NCBI GenBank assembly: GCA_051294375.1
Contig: CM119268.1
Location: 18,804,615-18,868,614 of the forward strand
Length of the DNA stretch: 64,000 bases
Direction of reading: 5' to 3'
Source of the DNA: Paraspadella gotoi
Lineage: Eukaryota; Animalia; Chaetognatha
The position numbers were made by a program, and so were the translations under genes. Of the stretch, positions 55,150 through 64,000 are shown piece by piece. The stretch's first letter is position 1. Each line of letters starts with the position of its first letter. The notes below the pieces were generated by a model. The model saw only the letters and a list, made by a program, of their open reading frames with translations, did not search any database and had not been told where the DNA came from.

Positions 55150-56630
55150 ACGATTGCGGAAACTCGCGAAATAAAAAAAAGTAGGAGAGTGGAGTGATCA
55201 ACGAACAAATATGGAACGAAGAATTGGAATCTTGAGATCGAGTTATCAAAGTTGAAGAACATATAAGAAGAAATTCGTGGATAGCTAGTGTAGTAGAAAA
55301 CTAATGAAAGTAAAATTTCTTTTTTTTTAATGTGAAAAGGAAATGTGTGCCTTTTTTAAAAACGATTGTTTTCCCAGACTAAAAGAATTTTCTTTGTGTG
55401 TTAATATCGAAAAAAGTCATTAGATATTTTATAAAATGTTACTAGTTTTTTAATTAGTGAATTTAGGCAATAAAAAGAGAACAATAACTTTTTATCTATG
55501 TAAATCGAGAGAAAGTTGCTGGTTTAATCCCAGTAGGGAATTGTGTTTTCTTTCTCATTGTGGACAAAACCCGGTTTGAGAGCAGATTTATGTTTCCCTG
55601 AAAACTCAAGATATTTTTTGCGATAATAAGATAATTGAAAAAGAAAAAAGTTCGTCAAGACGACTTTACAATAATTAATGTCAGAAACAGCGATTTTTCA
55701 TTTCCTGAGGTAGTTTGTTTCAGTTGGATTGTTTATAAATAAACTCACACCAGGTATTAACGAAGGCATATATTACTTTCATTTTGATCGATTGTTCTTC
55801 AATTTTTATTGAACAGTTTTTTCCTTAATGACGAATCCCGTTCGGGATATAATGAAAAAATCTCAGTCAAACAAAAGCCGACACCAAGCGATTGACAAAG
55901 TAATTACATTTATTTATTCAAAATTCTTATGCTTTCTCTAATACCAATAAACAACGAAAAAAGAAAGGTTATCGCATCATATTTATTAATTATAATTATG
56001 TTTAGTAGGCTGAACCAGCCTTAGAAAGCGATAGAAAGACCAACGCCTCCAAACGGAAAGCAACCAACAACTGGAAACTTCGGTGTCCCTACACCTGACA
56101 AGATTCTAAAATCCAATATCTATAATAGAGACTATGCGTCAAGTAGTCAGAAGCGCCCGATACAAGGTGTAGTCGTCAGGGGGACGTTTTATATTCGTAT
56201 AATAAGAAATTATTATAATCGCTTATTAAAATTCAAGACGAAAAGTTTGACTTTTCAATGCCCGACGGTTACGATTCGAAGACGCGAATTAATTTTGGCG
56301 CGAAAGGATTTAATTTGTTCTTTGAGAGATATAAAACTACACCACAAGTTTTCCAATCGTGAAGTTTTTTTTTAAATAAATTTTGTTAGTTTTTTATCTA
56401 GTTAGCAGAAAAATTATGAATTATCCAACGAACTAAAAAAATCGCAGCCATCGATAGAAAACTTGCATGTTTGGCCGTTGCTTCGTTCTGTCATGTCCGG
56501 TCAGTTGGTCGGTCGGGTCGGTCTGTGGTGGGGTCTTTGTCGACCGTTCTACACACTAATTTGACTTTAGAAAAAAAGGAAACAGATTCGCGAAAACTGA
56601 AAAAGACTGAGAGAAAGAAGATAAAAGTAA

Positions 56631-56705
56631 TGATTGGCGCAAAAATTGGCAAAGAAATGGCCAAAAATTGGCAAAAGAACTGGCCAAGAATTGGCAAAAT
56701 TTGGT
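56631..56705. repeat. 11-12 bp minisatellite (aaaattggca-like)
   Basis: attggcgcaaaaattggcaaagaaatggccaaaaattggcaaaagaactggccaagaattggcaaaatttgg. Confidence 0.7.
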
Positions 56706-57325
56706 GAGCGACACGGCTATAATTTTTAAAGAGTTCGATAAGATTATACGAATAAAGTTTAAGGATTAAAAAAAGGATATTTAAAAGCTTAAAGTTAAAT
56801 TTTACAAAATGTATTAAATGTAATTTAGTTGGATTAAAGAGAAACGCGAATTTTTTTTAGTGTGTTATACGGTGAAATCACAAAATTAAATGAAATGTAA
56901 TTCGAAAAATGTATTAAATGAATAAATGGAGTTGCTATGTTTAAATCACCTTGTTTTATTTTAAAGTATTATGTTTTTTTAAAAAATTTGGGTGAAATAA
57001 AAAAAATTCTCGTACCTCCAGCCGAGTTTTAAAAACATGTTCCCTTTTTTAACAATCATAAATTGAGAAAAACCTAAAAATTTAAATGACTGATCTATTT
57101 TCGCGTGACTCAGTTTTGTATTTTTATCAAGAATTTCGGATGAAATATTAGCATCATGAATTAAAAAAGGGAGAAAAAACCCAAAACCAAAAGAACAGAC
57201 GTGACTTTAAGCAGAGAGTTTCATTTTTTCCTAAAAAAGAAACTGAATGGAAAAATGATGAGAGATACATATTTTTTTTGAACTGAAAAAAAATATTTTT
57301 TTTGTGATCCACCGAAGGCAAAAAA

Positions 57326-57381
<56 letters not shown>

Positions 57382-57542
57382 TTAAACTCAAAAAACGCTC
57401 CGTAAAAATCAAAACACTCTGTTCTAACGCGGTAACTCAGTTTTTAATTTTTGCTCTCGCGCTCAATTCATAGAATGTGACCACCGAAGGCAAAAATCTC
57501 TCTCTCTCTTCTCTCTCTCTCTCCTCTCTCCTCGTCTCTCTC

Positions 57543-57577
<35 letters not shown>

Positions 57578-57583
57578 ACTCAC

Positions 57584-60500
57584 CCCGTCGCAAACTCTGC
57601 GTCAACGCGCGCGCAAGCTGGAGGTCTCCCGGCGGGCACCGATTCCACTCGGCGCCTCCTTGGAGATTCTAAATCTGTCGGGTGCCGACCGGAAAACTTC
57701 CGGCGACGACGACTTCATCCCTCGATCCGGCGCGACATTTTTCGCCCCAAAGGAACCAGTAATCCGGCCGCGTCCGTCCGATAGGTGGCGGCGCGTCCGC
57801 GCTTTACCCGCCAAAGCCGACGGCGTCATCGGCGGCTGGCGGCGTCGGTGGCGGATTTTCTCGGTAGTGTGCAGGATCGCCCGCCGTGGCGAAACTCGGC
57901 GACGTGGCGGCGACTGAAAGCGGCGAAGGCGTCGTGACGGTGGGTCGTGTCAGTTTCCCGCATTAAGGGAGTCGAACGCCTCCTGATCCTTTTTAACTGC
58001 TCCATGTTTTCTCCTTCTTCGCCTCGATCTTCTGCAGTCTCTCGGAATGATCGGTCTTTGGGCGTCGGCCAGAAGCGGCCCGGGCGAAAGCCTTTTGGCA
58101 AGGGACCGTTTGACCGACATGAGCGTTTGTCGGTCGAAGGAACGAAAGAGTCGTTTGGTCGCTCGATGCCGTGACAGGAGGTTTGGAGCAAGAATGCTTT
58201 GTCGGTTTTGTCGGTTAAAATTCTCTCGTTTTTCGTTTTTTTCTTCGTCAGGAATCAAAATGTTTTTTGCGTCGACGAAATCGCTGAACGAATCTTCGAC
58301 GTCGGCGATCTCGTCGTCTTCTCGTCGTCGTCGTCGTTCTCTCCGTCCTCTCACGCAGCAGAGTGATATCGCGAATCTTCCGACTCAGACTCTGAATCGA
58401 GATCCTTCGCGAAGGAGCATGCGAATGGGCTGCTGCTGTAGCGGCCGCTGTAAGCAGACTGCTGGAGTGGCTCTGCTTCAGCTGCAAGACTCGCCGAGTT
58501 GGGAGATTTCTCATGACTAATTCCTTCATTATGTTCTGCACCTCTTCCGCTCGCCCACCCCGACGCCCTCTTCCACCTCCCTACAGCCAACCACCCCTAA
58601 CGACATCTTGGCGGCGCGTTGGAGGAAATCCTCCACTTTTCGCGGCGAGGTTTTTCTCTTGGCCCGGCGACGGCGGCGGCGGAGGTTTGGCGGAAATGGG
58701 AACATCCTGTGCCAGTCGGGGCAAGCGGCACCGTTGGGTTGGTTTGGCCGGCGAAGGGCTTGCGTTTTGTTCGTTTTTTTTCGCGTTGGTTAAGTGTGTT
58801 GTTGCTTGTTCCTCTCCGTTCGTTTCTCAGTTTGTTCTTGTTCCGTTTGTTTTCATGTTTCGTCTCCTCTTCTGCTCAATCTTTCCTTTCCCTCTGCCTC
58901 CGCCTTTTCGTCGTCGACGTTATTATTCACTTCTTTGCCTCTCCAATTTTCGAGTACAGGGTCCGGTCCGACCCAAAAATCTTCCTTTCCCGTTTCCCTT
59001 CCCTTCGAATCCTTCGGATTCACTCGGCGATGACGTCACCGAAGCCTCTTGTTTTTCTTCGTCCGGCACCGCCGCCGCTGCTGGCAGCGTCGACTGCGGG
59101 CGGAAGCTTCGGCCGCTGTTTCGCTGTTCTCTTGTTTTCCTCAATCCTCCGACGATGCGACCTCAAGCGGAATTTTCCTAAAGCTTCGCCGCGACGGGTA
59201 AGGGGCTTTGGGTAAGTCCTCTCCGCTCTGCAGCGCTGCTGTCGCTCAACCTCGCGAGATCAACCGTTAATTCCTCCGGCGTCATTTCTTCTTTGAGAAA
59301 ATCCGGTTTGGGTGGATCGGCGGCGGCTTGGCGTCTTTCGCGTCTTTCCGTCTTTTCGCCGGAGCAATTTTCAACTTCGACCGGCCGGTGGCTCCCAATT
59401 CAAACGCGCGCCGTCGGGTCGCGGATCGTCATTCGCCGGCGCCGCGACAGCTTTCCGAACGATTTCAGTGCTGTCAACGTGACCGAGTGTCGTACGTTTT
59501 CCGCGTTCGCGACGAAGAACGCGCGCGCTCTTGATCCGATTTTCTAGGTCGAGGGGCGCTGGAGAAGGCGGCGCCGGCCCGCGAGCGTCTGGAGCGGCGC
59601 CAGGAGCGACCGCGAGTGGGCGCCGACACCTCCAACGGCGCTAAAGACATCTTTCCCATCAGGAAAAGGGGGTGCAAAGCATGTGGTTTGTCCGTTGTTG
59701 AATGATGATGATCTTGGGGTAAAATTGCGAATTTTCGGGTAGAGATTTCGAATTTTGAAAATTCCATGAAGATCCACTTTGTCCTCGTTTTCTACCCTTT
59801 TTCCTTTAACATCAATCATTCCTTTCCTCTTTCCCTTCCTCCTCTTCTCTCTTGACAACTGCCACCATAGTTCTTCCTCTTACTCCTCCCTCTCCTCCTC
59901 TCCCTATTTCCCTCTCCCTCCCTCCTCCCTCTCCTCCTCCCTCTTCCTCTCCCCTCTCTCCTCCCTCTCTTCGCCACCGCGACCGACGTTAGCGAACGAT
60001 CGAAGTCAAGAAGTTCATTGATCTCTTCCCTCAACTGCTCCATGATCTCTTCGGCGAGGCGGTCCGCGAAGGCGACGGTGTCGTTGGGGTGCCGATCGCG
60101 GTGGAGTAGCTGGAAGGCGGAGTCCGTCGGCTCCCCGGCGTCGACGGGCGCGTCTTTGGAAGACGATGGAACTTCGATTGGATCGGAGGCGACGGCGGTG
60201 CGTTGGTGGTTTGATTCTTAGGTCGCATCGTGTGGGATTTTTTGAATAAACGTTCTTACATACGTCGATGGAACCGTCGACGATGTCGAGGCCACGTCCG
60301 GCGGCGTCTATCCGCGTCTTCGTCGAAAGCGCCATCTTTGACGCGTCCGTCGGCGGCACGAAGTCCCAAATACCATCTCTCTGTCCGGCGCCACCGGACG
60401 TCTCGCTCTCTCGGATCTCTCGATCGACTCTGTCTCGCGATTCGTCGGGCGTGTCGAACGATTCCGAGCAAAGATTCGAATCGCTACGATTTTTTTCTTC

Positions 60501-63431
60501 TTCGATTTCGTCGCTTTTTTCGTCGAGTTCGTTTTTTTTCGTCTCGATCTCCCTCGACGATTTAAAGTTTCCAAGTTCCCCTCGTTTTTTCGTCAAAATG
60601 AAGGAGACAAAAGCTCGTCTTTCTCAGCGACGTTTCGTCGTCGCCGTCGTCGTCCACAACTCGATTCCGGACAAACTGGTTTGGCTTTGATCTCACCCAG
60701 AAGCGAAAGGACGACGCGGAATTTTGAGGGCTTTTCGGGTTCGAGTTCGCAGAGCGCGGCGAAATCGCGTCAGGTTTCCGCTTTCCTGGTTTCGGTTTCG
60801 ACTCCTAGACGAAGGCCTCCACCCGTTTCTCGAGTTTCGGAGTCGTCTCCAGACGAGGATCCGGTTTTGCGTCGACTTTGACATTAATTCTCCCCGAATT
60901 CGTCTCATCGTTGCGTCAGTTGAAAATCGAACGGAGTTTTCGAATCGAGATTACGGAATCGAGACTCGGATTATCGATTTCTTTTTTTGATCGGCGATCG
61001 ACGAGGAATCTTGTTTGTAATCGGGACCTCTCGAGTTTAGAATCGGATTCTTTTTTGATCGCAGCTCGTCATCCGATCGTCGTCAATCGTCGTCGTTATC
61101 GTCGTCGTCTCTGAACTCGTTCGATCTCGAGATCGAGAGGATCTGTGTACTGAAGAAAGTGCGACCGAATTAGAGATTGGCGCGGTGTGGACAAACCGAT
61201 TCATCATTTTGATCGGTAATCGCGGATTCATATTTTAGTCTCAGATGAATTGATAGGTTCAGGAGAGGTTGTCCTTCTATAGAAAATTTTCAGATGGAGA
61301 TGCAACATTCATTTTCACAGCCATGAAGTTTCTGTCTACTTCTAAAACACGATTTTACAGCAACCTTTTTGTTTCAATCTGACACTGCCTTCTCCGCCGC
61401 TGCCTTCTCCGCTTCGGCCTTCACCGCCGCCGCAATTTTTCTGCAGCTGTTTTCTTCCCGCGCCTCTTTCTCTGCAGCTGCTTTCTCTGGCGTCTTTCTC
61501 TGCCACTGCCTTCTCCTCTGCCTGCTCAGCGCTGCCTTTTCCACTGCTGCCTTCTGCCACTACTTCTCCATTTTCACCTTCTCTGCGCCGCTGCCTTCTC
61601 TGCAGCTTTCTTTTCTCTGCACCTCCTTCTCTGCAGCCTGTTTTCTCCACAGCCTCTTTCACTTCCGCTGCCTTCTCCTCCACTCCCTTCTCCTCCGGCG
61701 CCTGCTCCACTACCGCCTTCTGGCCGCTGCCTTCTCTGCTACTGCCTTCTCCACTTCTGCCTTCTCCGCCGCTGCCTTCTCTGCAGCTGCTTTAATCTGC
61801 CACCTGTTTCTCTGCAGCTCTTTTTCCCACCCCTTTTTCTCTGCCACAGCTTTCTCATGTGCTCTTTCTTTGCCGCTGCCTTCTCCGCTTTGTTTTCAAC
61901 TGCCCTTCCCCCGCTTCCTTCTCCGCTGCTTTCTTCTCTGCTTCCACTTTCTCTGACTGCCCGCCTTCTCTGCCGCCGCTTTCTCCGCCGCTTCCTTCTC
62001 CGCCGTCACTCTCTGCTGCTTCTTCTCCGCTGCCAGCTTTTTCTGCCGCAGCCTCTCTGCCGCCGCTTTATCCGCGCCTTCCTTCTCCGCCATCGCCTTC
62101 TCCGCCGCTTCCTTCTCTGCCGCTTCCTTCTCCGCTGCCGCTTTTTTTCCGCCGCAGCCTTTTCTGCCGCATTTCTTTACCAGCTGCCACGCTTTTTCCG
62201 CCGCTGCTTCTCTTGCCGCCACTTTCTCTCGCAGCTTCTTCTCCGCCGCTTCCTTCACCGCTGCCACTTTCTCCGCCGCTTGCTCTCCGCTGCCTTTTCC
62301 CTTCGAAATCCGCGGTTGGCTTTGTTGTTCTTTATCGCCGTTAAGATTAATGCGTCTCTTTCCGCTTTGGTCGGTTTCCGCTTTTTGGCGGCGTCGTCAT
62401 CGGCGATGGCGTTGGCGTCACCCTCCGTCGGCGTCCGGAGTGGGCGTTGCCTTTGGCTCTTTCTTCCCTTTGTCTTATCTCTTCGCTGTCCTTGTCGAGA
62501 TCAAAACTCTTCTTTGACAAAGATCTTTGTCGCTGAGGCTGTTGGGGTCACGATGTCGTTCAACGAACGGTTTAGGTGTAAAGTGATTCTTCACGAACCG
62601 CGTTTTTTCAGATTCCATTTTGTTCTTTAAAATCTCCTTTTCCTTCTTCGTTTATTCCTTTCCTCCTTTTCCAATTTTTCCTCTCTTTTTCCTCTTTTCT
62701 ACTTCTTTCTCTTCCGCTTTCCTCCGTGTCCTTTTCGGCTAATATCTCTTCAGTCTCCGCCTCCTTTCTTAGCTTCCTTTCTCCTTTTTCTTCCTCGTTC
62801 TCTCTTCCCGACTTTCCCGCACTGGTAAATTCTTCCACCAAAATCGGTTTCGTCGTCGTTATCAGTCGTCTCTTCGTCGGCTTCGTCTCGTCGGTAACTT
62901 TGTCGGTGTCGAGCGTTCCGTCGACGGTCGAGCCCGACGTCGCAACGACGTCTTCTACGGAATAAGCGTCGACTTCTGAAACTCATTTCAGAAACGTTAT
63001 CGAGGGCTTCCCACTTTTTTCTTTTTCTTTTCTTCTTCTTTCCAGTTTTTGTTTTCGGGTTGAGCGGCGGGTCGGCTGCGGAGCTCTGTCGGCAGCGGCA
63101 TTGTTGCGTCTGCGCGGCGTTGTCGTCGTCGGCGCTGTCAACTTTGTTCCACACGTCGTTGGCAAGAAAAGAGATTCGCTTTCCCGCCACTCGGCGTCAT
63201 CGCATCGCCTTCAACGGCCGGCATCGGCCGCGTGGGGCCCTCATCAGTTGGCAAAGTCGTTGGTCCAGTCGGATCGGATCGTCTTTAGCGGCCGACACTG
63301 CCGGCGACGCAGCTGCTTGACGCTGGCCGCCGTCGCTGCCGACCTTGCAGCCGACGCAGCCCCCGACTCTTTTTGGCTTCTCGCTTTCCTCTTCGGCTTT
63401 TTGTTCGGCATTTCCTCCGGTTGGATTTTAG
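57584..63431 (-). CDS. Giant (~5.85 kb) coding exon of a low-complexity charged/Ser-rich protein, broken by many apparent sequencing frameshifts
   Basis: Continuous GC-rich coding-like DNA. Minus-strand acceptor (CT)n..tctcag near 63432 and donor gggGTGAGtt at 57583-57579. Overlapping minus ORF fragments are E/K/R/S/D-rich (e.g. KEAAEKEAAEKAMAEKEGADKAAAE; NELDEKSDEIEEEKNRSDSNLCSESFDTPDESRD). No domain recognised. Confidence 0.65.
61385..62300 (-). repeat. Coding 15 bp repeat encoding (A/E)AAEK units
   Basis: Plus strand shows repeated ttctccgccgctgcc / ttctctgcagctgc units over ~900 bp. Confidence 0.8.
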
Positions 63432-63471
63432 CTGAGACATTGAAGGGAATAATTCAAGAAGGGGAATGAGG

Positions 63472-63527
<56 letters not shown>

Positions 63528-63575
63528 TTATATATATATATATATTATATATATATTATTCCCTCAATGTCTCAG

Positions 63576-63821
63576 GCTAAAACTCCAACGGAGGAAATGC
63601 CGAACAAAAAGCGAAGAGGAAAGCAGAAGCCAAAAGAGTCGGGGGCTGCGTCGGCTGCAAGGTCGGCGGCAGCGACGGCGGCAGCGTCAGCAGCTGCGTC
63701 GGCGGCAGTGTCGGCCGCTAAAGACGATCCGATTCCGACTGGACCCAACGACTTTGCCAACGATGAGCCCCACGCGGCCGATGCCGCCGTTGAAGGCGAT
63801 GCCGATGACGCCGAGTGGCGG
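63576..63821 (+). CDS. Clean, inverted copy of the 5' end of the giant exon (AKTPTEEMPNKKRRGKQKPKESGAASAA..DAEWR), cut off by a gap
   Basis: 63556-63821 is the reverse complement of ~63183-63452 without the indels. Acceptor tctcag|GCT at 63575/63576, phase 0, with an open frame up to the N-gap. Confidence 0.7.
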
Positions 63822-64000
63822 NNNNNNNNNNNNNNNNNNNNNNNNNAAAACCACGAGAGAGATATTTTCCTCTTCCCTTTCCCCTTTCAACCTCTCTTTC
63901 ACCCGATCTTTTCTTTTCCCATTTTTTCCTAACTAATGTACTTGCTGCATTCCCGTCTGGTTTTTCCTTCACCCGTTTTCTGTGTCTTTGTGCTTTGTTT

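Noticed and set aside
58047-62630. Plus-strand ORFs (e.g. 61369-61956, 61857-62630, FSAAAFS-rich)
   Set aside because: They are antisense shadows of the minus-strand charged repeat exon.

Overview
AT-rich eukaryotic (probably invertebrate animal) draft scaffold with GT-AG spliced genes, many (CT)/(GA), (ACG) and (ATT) microsatellites, nine N-gaps and stretches that look like uncorrected long-read gap fill. No prokaryotic features, CRISPR, rRNA or intact tRNA were seen. Genes: (1) the 3' part of a tetraspanin (1229-6024, +) with an unusually long C-terminal tail; (2) at least four ATG-initiated exon modules (11-36 kb, +), each ending in a phase-0 donor, which may be alternative N-termini of one gene sharing exons at 52.5-53.2 kb; (3) the last two exons of a cathepsin D-like aspartic protease (54.7-55.1 kb, +, indel-ridden); (4) a ~5.85 kb low-complexity exon with AAAEK repeats (57.6-63.4 kb, -). 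Mobile DNA: a long-TIR Tc1 relic (24442-28386), a 2.36 kb palindromic foldback built from telomere-like CCCTAA subrepeats (28966-31330), two MITE/foldback elements, a tRNA-derived SINE, Helentron-like pieces and a dispersed repeat that also forms a ~335 bp tandem array. The 38.1-43.9 kb duplication and the orientation of 53.3-63.5 kb are probably assembly artefacts. All calls are by eye; no searches were run.
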